This document shows, one piece after another, positions 36,673 to 48,835 of a stretch of DNA of 64,000 nt. The notes below the pieces were generated by a model, which saw nothing but the letters and a program-made list of their open reading frames with translations, ran no database searches and was not told where the DNA came from. A program made the position numbers and the translations under genes. The stretch comes from Candidatus Stammera capleta (lineage in GTDB: Bacteria > Pseudomonadota > Gammaproteobacteria > Enterobacterales > Enterobacteriaceae), in contig CP043978.1 of assembly GCA_015134355.1 (NCBI GenBank), positions 198,902 through 262,901 on the forward strand, in the 5' to 3' direction. The stretch's first letter is position 1. Each line of letters begins with the position of its first letter.

Positions 36673-38088
36673 TTGTCAAATAATTTATGAAAAATATGTT
36701 TATTTAAATTAAAAAAATATATATCTAAATATGAATTTAATATTTGAATATTACCTTTACAAGTATTAATTAATAATAATATTATAAATTTATATGCTCC
36801 TAATAAATTTATTATTAATTATGTTAAAGATAAATATTTATATTATATAAATAATTTTTTTTTGAAATATTGAGAAAATAAAAATATAAAACCGGTTTTT
36901 AATTTTTTAATTGGTAGTAAAAATAATATTATTAATAATTTTTTAAAATCAAATTATTATTATTTTAATAATAATAAATATAAAAATAATTTATATAATT
37001 TTAAAGAATTTAATCATTGTAATTTATTTAAAAAATATAATTTTAATAATTTTATATGTAATAATTGTAATATTTTAGCATATAAAAGTTCTATAAAAAT
37101 ATGTAATTTTTTTAATAATTTTAAATATTTATTAATTTATTCAAATACTGGTTTAGGTAAAACTCATTTATTAAATTCTATAGGAAATAGAATTAATTAT
37201 TTATATAATTATAAAAGGAATGTTTTATATATAAATATGAAAATTTTATTAAATAAAATTAAATATTTTTTATATAATGATTTAATTAAAGATTTTATTT
37301 TTTATTTAAAATCTATTTCTATTTTTTTAATTGATGATATACAATTTTTATATAATTATAAATATATTCAAAATGAGTTTTTAAATATATTAAATTTTTT
37401 ATTAAATTATAATAAATTTATAGTTTTAACTTCTAGGTTTAATATAAATAAGTTAAATGGTATAAATAATAAAATAATTTCTAAATTATATTATAATTTT
37501 TTTTCTATTAAAATTAATAATTCTAATTCAAATTTAAGATATAAATTTTTAGTTAATAAATGTAAAAATATAAGTTTTAATTTAGATAAAAAAATATTAT
37601 TTTTTATATCTAAATATTTAAATTTAAATTTTAATAAATTAGAAAATATATTATATATTATATATATAAATTCTATTAATCTTAATTATTTATATAAAAT
37701 AAATATTAATTTTATTAAGAATATGTTATATGAATTTATTTATATTAATAATAGTAATATAAATATTAAAATATATAATATACAGAAAATTATTTGTAAA
37801 TATTATAATATAACTATTAATAATTTATTATCTAAATATCGTTATAAATCTTTTGTATGAGCTAGACAAGTATCTATAGCTATAAGTAAAAAATTAACGA
37901 ATTATAGTTTAATAAAATTAGGATTATATTTTGGTGGTTTAAGTAATTCTTATATTTTATATTCTTATAATAAAATTAAAAGATTATATGTAAATAATTA
38001 TAAAGTTAAATTAGAAATTAATAAATTAATTAAACTTATTATTTATAATAAAAATGAAATTTATAATAAAAAAAAAAAAATTAATTAA
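36673..38088 (+). CDS. dnaA: Chromosomal replication initiator protein DnaA (diverged)
   Basis: The TTG start gives (M)SNNLWKICLFKLKKYISKYEFNIWILPLQ...LYAPNKFIINYVKDKYL, matching E. coli [30 protein letters not shown]...LYAPNRFVLDWVRDKYL. Walker A GLGKT lies at 37150-37164 and Walker B is FLIDDIQF. No ATG is available in frame. The gene overlaps dnaN by 35 nt. Confidence 0.85.
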
Positions 38089-39199
38089 ACTTTTATCTAA
38101 ATTTAATAGTTTTGTATCAATTAATCCTAAAAACCCTATTTTATCTAATATTTTATTATCATTAAATAAAAATTTTTTATTTTTAACAGTTACTAATTTA
38201 GATATAGAAATAGGATATAAGTTATTTTTATCAAAAAAAAATATTTTAAATAAAGGAGATATTACAGTTAATATTAGAAAATTATATGATATATGTAAAA
38301 CTTTTCCTAAAGATAGTGATTTATTATTTAAGTTATATAATAATAAAATAAAAATTTTTTGTTTAAATAGTGTATTATGTTTATCAATTTTACCCTCATC
38401 GGATTTTCCTATATTAAATAAAAATCAATTTAATTTTAAATATAAATTTATTATATTTTCATTTTTATTTAAAGATATAGTAAATTCAATTTATTTTTCT
38501 ATAGGTAATAATGATATTCATTGTTATTTAAATGGTATGTTAATTGAATATATTAATGATACTTTTTATTTTGTTACAACTGATAGTTATCGTTTATCTA
38601 TTTATAAGGTTTGTAACAATAGTAATTTAATAATAAATTTTAATAAAAATAATTTTTTTTTTATATTACCTAAGAAATTGGTTGTAGAATTATATAAATT
38701 ATTAGATTTATTTAATGAGAATAAAAAAATTATTTTAGAAATTAATGAAAATATTATCAAAATTAGTTTTGAAAATTTTATAATATATTCTAGTTTAATA
38801 GATGGAGATTTTCCAGATTATAAAAAAATTTTATATTTAACTAAAAGTAATTATAATTATATAGATTTAAATATAAAAGATTTTAGAAATTCTTTATTAA
38901 GATCTTCTATAATTAGTAGTTATTCTTTTAATTATGTTACTTTAACTTTAAAAAAAAATATTTTAAAAATTTATTCTAATAATACATTTTCTGATGAAAT
39001 TAAGGATATTATATGTGTTAATTATATAGGTAATTCTTTTAAAATTAATTTAAATGTTAAATTTATATTAGATATATTAAATGTTATAAAAAATTCATTA
39101 AAAATAAGGTTTTATTTTAAAAATAGTGATTCGATAATTAAAATTGATGATACTAAAAATAAATATATAATATATATGGTAATGCCTATTAATTTATAA
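38054..39199 (+). CDS. dnaN: DNA polymerase III beta sliding clamp
   Basis: MKFIIKKKKLIKLLSKFNSFV...PILSNILLSL...LTVTNLDIEI resembles E. coli MKFTVEREHLLKPLQQVSGPL...PILGNLLLQV...LTGTDLEMEM. Length 381 aa. Confidence 0.9.
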   Translation: MKFIIKKKKLIKLLSKFNSFVSINPKNPILSNILLSLNKNFLFLTVTNLDIEIGYKLFLSKKNILNKGDITVNIRKLYDICKTFPKDSDLLFKLYNNKIKIFCLNSVLCLSILPSSDFPILNKNQFNFKYKFIIFSFLFKDIVNSIYFSIGNNDIHCYLNGMLIEYINDTFYFVTTDSYRLSIYKVCNNSNLIINFNKNNFFFILPKKLVVELYKLLDLFNENKKIILEINENIIKISFENFIIYSSLIDGDFPDYKKILYLTKSNYNYIDLNIKDFRNSLLRSSIISSYSFNYVTLTLKKNILKIYSNNTFSDEIKDIICVNYIGNSFKINLNVKFILDILNVIKNSLKIRFYFKNSDSIIKIDDTKNKYIIYMVMPINL

Positions 39200-39236
39200 A
39201 ATTAATTATTTTTAAAATTTTGTTATAGAGATAAAT

Positions 39237-41645
39237 ATGTCATTAGATAATTCTTATAATTCTTCTAGTATTAAAGTTTTAAAAGGTTTAGATGCAGTAA
39301 GAAAACGTCCTGGTATGTATATAGGTGATACTGATGATGGTACAGGTTTACATCATATGGTTTTTGAAGTTATTGATAATTCTGTAGACGAATCCTTATC
39401 AGGTTTTTGTAAAAATATTTTTGTAAAAATATATAGTGATAATTCTATTTCTGTTTTAGATGATGGTAGAGGCATACCTGTTGATTTTCATAAAGAAGAA
39501 AAGATATCTGCAGCTGAATTAATTATGACAGTTTTACATGCTGGTGGAAAGTTTGATAATATTTCTTATAAAATTTCTGGAGGTTTACATGGTGTTGGTA
39601 TTTCTGTAGTTAATGCTCTTTCAGAAAAATTAATATTAAAAATTTATAGAAATAATCAAGTTTTTTATCAAAAATATAAATATGGAGTACCCTTATCAAA
39701 ATTATGTATAATTGGTAAAACTAAATTAAATGGTACTTATATAAGATTTTGGCCTGATAAAATTATTTTTAAAAATTCTTTAAAATTTAAATATTCTGTT
39801 TTATTTAAAAGATTAAATGAATTATCATATTTAAATAATGGTTTAAATATTAGTTTATATGATAAAAGAATTAATAAGTCTGTTTTATTTAAAAACAAAG
39901 GAGGGCTAAAGTCATTTTTAAATTATTTAATAGGAGATAAAGTAGTTATAAATAATGAAAAATTTTATTTTTATTATAATAAAAATAATATATCATTAGA
40001 AGTATCTAGTTGTTGATTAGATAATTCTAATTGTTCTATTTTATGTTTTACTAATAATATTCCTCAAATAGATGGTGGAACTCATTTAATAGGTTTTAAA
40101 TCTGCAGTTACTCGTACTATAAATTTTTATATAAATAATGAATTTTTTAAAAAAAAAAATAAACTTAATGTTATAGGAAAAGATACACAAGAAGGTTTAT
40201 ATGCTATAATTTCTATTAAATTTTTTGATCCTAAATTTTCTTCTCAAACTAAAGATAAATTAATTTCTTCAGAAATTAAAAGTTTTGTAGAGTCTTCTGT
40301 TATAAAATATTTATATGATTTTTTATTAGAAAATCCTATTGATGCTAAATTAATTATTAATAAAATAATTAATTCTTATAAAATTAGAGAATCTATAAAA
40401 AAATTTAAGGAAATATCTAAAAAAAAATCTAATTTAGATTTATTAAATATTTCTAATAAATTAGCTGATTGTCAAGAAAAAAATCCTTTATATTCAGAAA
40501 TTTTTTTGGTTGAAGGTGATTCAGCTGGTGGATCTGCTAAACAAGGTAGAAATAGATTAAATCAAGCTGTTTTACCATTAAAGGGTAAAATTTTAAATGT
40601 AGAAAAAACTAGTTTAGAAAAAATATTGTCATCTAATGAAATTAATATTTTAATTTCTGTTTTAGGTTGTGGAATAGATAATAATAATTTTGATATAAAT
40701 AAATTAAGATATAATAAGATAATTATAATGACTGATGCTGATGTTGATGGAGCTCATATTCGTACATTATTATTAACATTTTTTTATAGATATATGAAAC
40801 AGTTAATAATTAATGGTAATTTATATATTGCTAAACCTCCTTTATATAGAATACAAAGTAATAAAAGTATATTTTATATTAATAATGAAAATGATTTATT
40901 AAAATATAAAATTTTATTTAGTTTTAAAAATATAAATATTTATGATAAGGCAAAAAATATTTTATTAAGTTATAAAAATTTAATAAATTTAATTTTAATT
41001 TATATTAAAAAAATTAAATATTTTAATAATTATAAAAATAAATTTAAAAATTTTTTATTTGATAGATTAATGTTTTTTAAATTTATTAAAATTAGTAATA
41101 ATTTTAAAAAATGTAATATTTGGTTAAATGATTTTTTATTATATATTAATAATAATAATTTAAATATAAAAGTTAATTGTAATACAATATTTAAAAGTAG
41201 TATTTTTTATGGTTTTAATTTTAAAATATGTAATGGTTTTAATAATGAAAATATTATTTTAAAAAATAATTTTTTTAAAAAAAATTATTTAAATATTATA
41301 AATTTAGGTAAAAATTTTAATTTTTTAAAAAATAATAAAAAAGTATATATTTTTTTAAAAAATAAAAAATATTCTTTTAATAGTATATTAGATATAATTA
41401 ATTTTGTTTTAAAAAAAAATAGTAATAAAATTTATATTCAACGTTATAAAGGTTTAGGAGAAATGAATCCTGATCAATTATGAGATACTACTATGAATCC
41501 TAAAAATAGATTCTTATTAAGAATTAATTTATATAATTTAAAAAGTTCTGATAATTTATTTAAGATTTTAATGGGGGATAATGTAAAATTAAGAAAATCT
41601 TTTATTCAAAAAAATTCTAATGAATTTAATAATAAAAATATTTAA
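39237..41645 (+). CDS. gyrB: DNA gyrase subunit B
   Basis: [79 protein letters not shown] and [13 protein letters not shown](TGA 41481-41483)DTTM are present. Pieces 39237 and 40506 share one frame. Length 802 aa. Confidence 0.95.
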
Positions 41646-41646
41646 T

Positions 41647-41719
41647 CTCCTCCGACTGGATTCGAACCAGTGACATACGGATTAACAGTCCGTTGTTCTA
41701 CCAACTGAACTACAGAGGA
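41647..41719 (-). tRNA. tRNA-Asn (anticodon GUU), no encoded CCA
   Basis: The reverse complement TCCTCTGTAGTTCAGTTGGTAGAACAACGGACTGTTAATCCGTATGTCACTGGTTCGAATCCAGTCGGAGGAG folds as a cloverleaf with anticodon loop CUGUUAA. It is close to E. coli tRNA-Asn. It starts 1 nt after the gyrB stop. Confidence 0.9.
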
Positions 41720-41809
41720 ATATATTTAAATATTATATCTTTTATATATTGTTTTGTCAAAAATTTTAGTTAAAATTTTAAATATTTTATAGTATAATAT
41801 ATTATTAAA

Positions 41810-41900
41810 AGTGGGATGTCTGAGTGGTTTAAAGAGCATGCTTGGAAAGTATGTATACTTAATAATAAAAGTATCAAGGGTTCAAATCCCTTTCCCACTA
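41810..41900 (+). tRNA. tRNA-Ser (anticodon GGA), class II with long variable arm, no encoded CCA
   Basis: The acceptor AGTGGGA pairs with TCCCACT. The anticodon stem CATGC/GTATG carries loop TTGGAAA. The variable arm ATAC...GTAT has an AT-rich loop, and the T-arm is AAGGG TTCAAAT CCCTT. It resembles E. coli tRNA-Ser(GGA). Confidence 0.85.
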
Positions 41901-41942
41901 TTTTAATTTTTTAAATTAATTAATTTTTAAAATGGATATTGT

Positions 41943-42200
41943 ATGGTAATTATAAGATTATCTCGTTATGGTAGAAAAAAAAAGCCTTTTTATCATATTA
42001 CTGTTTCTGATAATAGAAGATTTAGAAATGCTAAATTTATAGAAAAAATAGGTTTTTATAATCCTTTTTTATCATTAAATAATAAAAATAGTATTTCAAT
42101 TGATTTAGAAAAATTTAATTTATGAATTAAAAATGGTGCTAGAATATCTTCTAGAGTAAATTATTTAATTAAAAATTATAAAAATTTATTAAAATGTTAA
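41943..42200 (+). CDS. rpsP: 30S ribosomal protein S16
   Basis: [25 protein letters not shown] resembles E. coli [25 protein letters not shown]. The TGA at 42123-42125 is read through to TAA at 42198-42200. Confidence 0.9.
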
Positions 42201-42233
42201 TTTTTATATTATTATTAATATTATTATTTAAAT

Positions 42234-42926
42234 ATGTATATAAATATAATTACTTTTAATCCTAATTTTTTTAAATCTGTTTTTAATAATGGTTTAATAA
42301 GTAAAGCTATTAAAAATAATATTGTAATATTTAATTTTTTTAATCCTAGATTATATTTAAAAAAAAATGATAAAAATATAAATGATAAAATTTATGGAGG
42401 TGGCCCTGGTTTGCTTATTAAACCTGAACCTTTATATTTATCTATTAATAAAGCTAAAAATATATCTGATAATTATTGTATAATTTATTTATCACCTCAG
42501 GGAGATATTATCAATAATAATATTTTAATTAAATTATTAAAATATAAATCTATAATTTTTATATGTGGTCGTTATAGTGGAATAGATGAAAGAATAATAA
42601 ATAAATATGTTGATTTTGAATTATCAATAGGAGATTATATTATTAGTTGTGGAGAAATTTCATCTTTAGTAATTATTGATATATTAGTAAGAAATTTACC
42701 TGGAATTATAAATAATTTTTCTAATAATTATGATTCATTTAATTTTAATGGTGGTTTATTAAGTTGTTCTAATTATACTAGACCAAAAATTTTTAATAGT
42801 ATGAAAGTTCCTAGTGTATTATTATCTGGAAATCATAAAAAAATTTATAAATGAAGAATTAAAAATTCTTTTAAAAATACTTTAAAAAAGAAATCTTATT
42901 TATTTAAAAAAATATATGAAAAATAA
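42234..42926 (+). CDS. trmD: tRNA (guanine37-N1)-methyltransferase
   Basis: MYINIITFNPNFF, YGGGPGLLIKPEP, GRYSGIDERI, SIGDYIISCGE and the C-terminal SGNHKKIYKW(TGA)R match TrmD. Confidence 0.9.
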
Positions 42927-43257
42927 AATAATTAATTATATAGAAAAAAAACAAATGTTAAAAAATTTTCCTTTTTTTAGTACAGGTTATTTTTTAGAAG
43001 TAAAAATTTGAGTAATTGAAGGAAATAAAAAAAGAATTCAGTCTTTTGAAGGTTTAGTAATTTCTAAAAGAAATAAAGGTTTAAATACTTCTTTTATATT
43101 AAGAAAATTATCTCATGGTATAGGTGTAGAAAGAATATTTCAATTATATTCTCCAATAATTAATAATATAATAGTTAAAAGAATTAAAAAATTTAGAAAA
43201 TCTAAATTATATTATTTGCGTTATAATAATAAAAAATTTTTACGTAGTATTAATTAA
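42916..43257 (+). CDS. rplS: 50S ribosomal protein L19
   Basis: ...[12 protein letters not shown](TGA 43009-43011)[18 protein letters not shown]...GIGVERIF...KLYYLR resembles E. coli [29 protein letters not shown]. It overlaps trmD by 11 nt. Confidence 0.9.
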
Positions 43258-43258
43258 G

Positions 43259-44023
43259 ATGTTATTTAATAAAAAATTTTATAGATTATTAGTTTGTGTA
43301 GAATATAATGGTAGTAATTATAATGGTTTTCAAAGTCAATCAAATTATAAAAAAAAATTAACTATACAAGGAATAATTGAAAGTATATTAACAAAAATTT
43401 CTAGAAGTAAAATTAAAATATTTTGTGCTAGTAGAACAGATATAGGTGTACATAGTATAGGTCAAATGTTTCATTTTGATACTAATATATATAAAAGTGA
43501 GAAAGATTGATTAGTTATTTCTAATTATAATTTACCTAAAGATATTTGTTTTAAGTCAGTTAAATATATATCAAATTATTTTCATGCAAGACATAATGTA
43601 ATAGCTAGGAGATATATATATGTTATATTAAATTCTTTTTTAGGTTCAAGTATATTATATAATTTAGTTTTAAATTTTAAAATTAAATTAAATATTGATT
43701 TAATGTTAAAAGCTTCTAGAATTTTATTAGGTATTAATGATTTTAGTTCTTTTAAATCTTCTGGTTGTCAATCAAAAAATAATATTAAATATATTTTTCA
43801 CTTTAATATATTTAAAAAAGGTTTATATATTTTTTTTGATATTAAAGCAAATTCATTTTTATATCATATGGTTAGAAATATTATAAGTTGTATTTTACTT
43901 GTTGGTATAAAGAAACATTCTGTAAATTGATTTAATAAATTTTTAATTTATAAAAACAAAAATTATTATAAATTTAATTTAATTAAACCTAATGGTTTAT
44001 ATTTATATAAAATTTATTATTAG
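43259..44023 (+). CDS. truA: tRNA pseudouridine(38-40) synthase
   Basis: VEYNGSNYNGFQSQ, ASRTDIGVHSIGQMFHFD, FHARHNVIARRY, DFSSF and FLYHMVRNI are present. Pieces 43259 and 43703 share one frame. Stop TAG at 44021-44023. Confidence 0.85.
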
Positions 44024-44052
44024 TTAATTTTTATTTAATTAATTAAAATATT

Positions 44053-44352
44053 ATGAATTTATTTTATTTAACTTTTTTATTTTTTTTATTTGATAAAAAT
44101 TTTTTTTATAAAAATATATTATTATTAGTTTTAACTTATTGATTTTTAAATAAATTTTATTATATATTTTTTTTATTTTTTTATAAGAATATTATTAATT
44201 TAAATATAAGTATAATATTTTATGATATTATTTTATATTTATTGATATATTGAATATTTTATATATTTTTAAATTTATTTTGTTATATTATAAAAGTAAC
44301 TTTATTTTTAATAATATTAATTTATTTTATTAAATTTTTATTAAAAATTTAA
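44053..44352 (+). CDS. Hypothetical small hydrophobic protein (99 aa, two internal TGA)
   Basis: An open frame with TGA=W reads MNLFYLTFLFFLFDKNFFYKNILLLVLTYWFLNKFYYIFFLFFYK...LFLIILIYFIKFLLKI. I recognise no homologue. It occupies the slot after truA, where E. coli has dedA. It could be a chance ORF in AT-rich DNA. Confidence 0.3.
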
Positions 44353-44361
44353 ACTAAAATA

Positions 44362-44435
44362 TTGCGGAGGTTGGATTTGAACCAACGACCTTCGGGTTAT
44401 GAGCCCGATGAGCTACCATACTGCTCTACTCCGCG
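44362..44435 (-). tRNA. Initiator tRNA-fMet (anticodon CAU), no encoded CCA
   Basis: The reverse complement is CGCGGAGTAGAGCAGTATGGTAGCTCATCGGGCTCATAACCCGAAGGTCGTTGGTTCAAATCCAACCTCCGCAA. It has the C1:A72 mismatch, and the anticodon stem-loop TCGGG-CTCATAA-CCCGA is identical to E. coli tRNA-fMet. Confidence 0.9.
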
Positions 44436-44552
44436 ATAATAATATTATATCATTTATTTATATAAAATCAAATAATTTTATATTTTTATTTAATTATTAT
44501 TAAAATTAATGTTATATTATTATATTTATAATATTAATTAATAGGTATATTT

Positions 44553-45872
<1,320 letters not shown>

Positions 45873-45882
45873 TTTAAATTAT

Positions 45883-45924
45883 TATTTCCTTTTTTATTTT
45901 AAGATTTTAATAAAAAAGGAAATA
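45883..45924. terminator. Hairpin between convergent eno and tyrS (candidate bidirectional terminator)
   Basis: A 14-bp stem (45883-45896 TATTTCCTTTTTTA pairs with 45911-45924 TAAAAAAGGAAATA) lies between the eno stop (45872) and the tyrS stop (45936). Confidence 0.5.
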
Positions 45925-45935
45925 TAATTAATATA

Positions 45936-47180
45936 TTATTTTCAGTAAATTAAATAAAATTTTTTTTTCCCTTTAGATATAATTGTATATTTATTAAATA
46001 ATCTATTATATTTTTTAATTTTTAAATTTGTATCATTAATTAATTTTTTATTTATATTAATTGATTTATTTATAATTAAATTATGTGAGTTTGATTTTGA
46101 ATTTGATATTCTTAATTTCATTAAAATTTTTTTAATATTTGTATATTTTTTATTTAATTTTATTTTTGGTATATTTATTTTATATAATTTATTTAGAATT
46201 TTTAATGTTATTTTATTAAATTTATAAAAATAATATTTTGAAACAAAAATAGCTTTTTTAGTTTCTTTTTTACCATGAACTAATTTTGTAATATATTTAG
46301 CAAATATTTGTTTATTTTTATTTATATTATTTGTTTTAAATAATTTTTTAATTTTTTTAATATTTAAAAATGTAAATTGTTTAAAATAAATATATATTTT
46401 ATCATCTTTTATATTTAATCAAAATTGATAAAATTCAAATGGAGTAGTTTTGTTTTCATCTAATCAAATATTATTTTTTTTTGATTTTCCTAATTTTTTT
46501 CCTTTTTTATCAGTTATTAATGGTATTGTTAAACCATATGATTTTTTATTATATTTTTTTTTTATTAAATATATCCCTGATGTAATATTTCCTCATTGAT
46601 CTGATCCTCCTATTTGTAAATTAATATTATATTTTTTAAATAATAAATAAAAATCATAACTTTGTAATAAATTATATGTTATTTCTTTAAAATTTATACC
46701 ATATTTTTTATTTCTTTTATTTATTAAATCTTTATTTAATAAGTATTTTATTTTAAAATATTTTCCTATCTTATTTAAAAAATTAATTAGTTTTATTTTT
46801 TTAAATCATTTTTTATTAGATATTATTTTAATTTTTTTATTTTTATTATTTAATATATTATTAATTTGTTTTGTTATTTTTTTTTTAAAATTATTTATTT
46901 TTTTTTTATTTATTTTTTTTCTATAATTTTTTTTAAAACTTGGATCACCTATATACGCTGTTATTTCTCCTAATATTATAGTTATATTATATTTATATTT
47001 TTTAAATCTTATTAATGTAATTAATAATAATAAATGTCCTATATGAAGGCTATCATAAGTAGGATCGAAACCACAATATATTTTAATATCTTCAATATTT
47101 ATATTATTTATTAAATTTTTATTTGATATTTGTTTTATAAGTTTTCTTTTATATAAATCATATATAATATTTTTTTTCAT
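45936..47180 (-). CDS. tyrS: Tyrosine--tRNA ligase
   Basis: The HIGH motif is in YCGFDPTYDSLHIGHLL. LQIGGSDQW(TGA)GNITSG, the KMSKS-like KLGKS and the C-terminal SKGKKKFYLIYW(TGA)K (E. coli RRGKKNYCLICWK) are present. The frame from 46806 to 45936 was checked codon by codon. Length 414 aa. Confidence 0.9.
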
Positions 47181-47272
47181 TTTATTTTTTATAATTATTT
47201 AAAATTGAATTAATTTATATATTATTATATAATAATGTATAAATATTAATATTTTCTTTTATTTATTTTTAA

Positions 47273-47344
47273 GCGTTCTTAACTCAGAGGTAGAGTGCCA
47301 TTTTGACGTGATGGAAGTCAGTGGTTCAATTCCACTAGAACGCA
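47273..47344 (+). tRNA. tRNA-Val (anticodon GAC), no encoded CCA
   Basis: GCGTTCT TA ACTC AGAGGTA GAGT G CCATT TTGACGT GATGG AAGTC AGTGG TTCAATT CCACT AGAACGC A gives a full cloverleaf with anticodon GAC. Confidence 0.9.
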
Positions 47345-47382
47345 TTTATTATTAATTATATATATTAAAAATATTTTTATAT

Positions 47383-48801
47383 ATGAAGAAAACTAAAATT
47401 GTTTGTACAATAGGTCCTTCAAGTTGTTCTAAAGATATAATTATAAATTTATTAAATAATGGTATGGATGTAGCTAGATTAAATTTTTCTCATGGAAATT
47501 ATAATAATTATGAAAATTATATTTTAAATTTAAGAAAAGCTAGTAAGTTAACAAAAAAAAGAATCGCTATTATTTTAGATACTAAAGGTCCTGAAATTCG
47601 TACATTAAAATTATATAATTCTAAAGAAGTATTTTTAAAAAAGGGTAATATTTTTACATTTGTTTGTAATAATAAAAAATTTATTGGAAATAATAAGAAA
47701 GTATCTATTTCTTATGATAATTTTTTTAATGATATAAATATAGGAAATTTAATATTAATTGATGATGGTTTGATTTCTATGAAGGTAATAGGTAAATTAA
47801 ATAATGAAGTAATTTGTAAAATATTAAATAGTGGTTTTTTAGGTGAAAATAAAGGTATTAATTTACCAGAGATAAATATAAATTTACCTTATTTATCTGA
47901 AAAAGATAAAAATGATATAATATTTGGATGTAAAAATAATATTGATTTTATAGCTGCTTCATTTGTTAGAACAAGTGAAGATGTTTTACAAATAAGAAAA
48001 ATATTAGATAATAATAATGGTAATAATATACAAATTATTTCTAAAATAGAAAATAATGAAGGATTAAGGAATTTTGATAAAATATTAAATGTATCTGATG
48101 GAATTATGGTAGCTAGAGGTGATTTGGGAGTTGAAATACCTGTTGAAGATGTTATATTTGCTCAAAAAAAAATGATTAAAAAATGTAATATTTCAAGAAA
48201 AATTGTTATTACAGCTACTCAAATGTTAGAGTCTATGATAAATAATCCTAGACCTACTAGAGCTGAAGCAGGTGATATAGCTAATGCTATTTTAGATGGG
48301 ACAGATGCTGTTATGCTTTCTGGTGAAAGTGCTAAAGGTAAGTATCCTATAGAATGTGTTAAAATTATGTCAATGATTTGTAAAAGAGCTGATTATTCTT
48401 TAAATAAGTTTAATATAAATTATAAAGAAGATAAATATATACCTATTAGTGAAGCAGTATGTAAAAGTTCTGTAGATATATCAAAAAAATTAGAATGTAA
48501 GTTAATTTTAGTTTATACTAAAAGAGGTAAATCTCCTAAATTTATAAGAAAATATTTTCCTAAATCATTAATTTTAGCTTTAACTGATAGTGAAATTATA
48601 TGTAGACAATTGATATTAATAAGAGGAGTAATATCTTATTTAGTTAAAAATATTAATTCAACTGATGATTTTTATATTATTGGTAAAGAATTGTTAATAT
48701 CTAATGGTTATGCTAAAGTAGGTGATATAATTATAATGGTTTCAGGAGCTTTAGTTTCTAATGGTGGTATAAGTAATACTATTTCTGTACATGTATTATA
48801 A
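47383..48801 (+). CDS. pykF: Pyruvate kinase I
   Basis: [14 protein letters not shown]...[13 protein letters not shown]...[11 protein letters not shown]...[12 protein letters not shown]...[47 protein letters not shown]...TISVHVL is colinear with E. coli PykF. Length 472 aa with no internal TGA. Confidence 0.95.
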   Translation: MKKTKIVCTIGPSSCSKDIIINLLNNGMDVARLNFSHGNYNNYENYILNLRKASKLTKKRIAIILDTKGPEIRTLKLYNSKEVFLKKGNIFTFVCNNKKFIGNNKKVSISYDNFFNDINIGNLILIDDGLISMKVIGKLNNEVICKILNSGFLGENKGINLPEININLPYLSEKDKNDIIFGCKNNIDFIAASFVRTSEDVLQIRKILDNNNGNNIQIISKIENNEGLRNFDKILNVSDGIMVARGDLGVEIPVEDVIFAQKKMIKKCNISRKIVITATQMLESMINNPRPTRAEAGDIANAILDGTDAVMLSGESAKGKYPIECVKIMSMICKRADYSLNKFNINYKEDKYIPISEAVCKSSVDISKKLECKLILVYTKRGKSPKFIRKYFPKSLILALTDSEIICRQLILIRGVISYLVKNINSTDDFYIIGKELLISNGYAKVGDIIIMVSGALVSNGGISNTISVHVL

Positions 48802-48835
48802 AAAATATAAATTATATTAATTTAATTAAATATTT

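Noticed and set aside
40524-40531. An exact E. coli Chi octamer GCTGGTGG occurs on the plus strand in gyrB, and a second copy at 58252-58259 in prfA. This is tempting given the intact RecBCD.
   Set aside because: Both copies arise from conserved peptide motifs (S-A-G-G in the gyrB Toprim region, G-A-G-G-Q in RF1) encoded as GCT GGT GG. Two coding-constrained hits say nothing about Chi function. RecC, which reads Chi, is highly diverged.
41754-41798. A sigma70-like -35 TTGTCA (41754-41759) and -10 TATAAT (41793-41798) lie upstream of tRNA-Ser. There are many other TATAAT-like hexamers in the spacers.
   Set aside because: The spacing here is 33 nt, not about 17. TATAAT- and TTGACA-like strings occur everywhere by chance at this base composition, so I do not report promoters.
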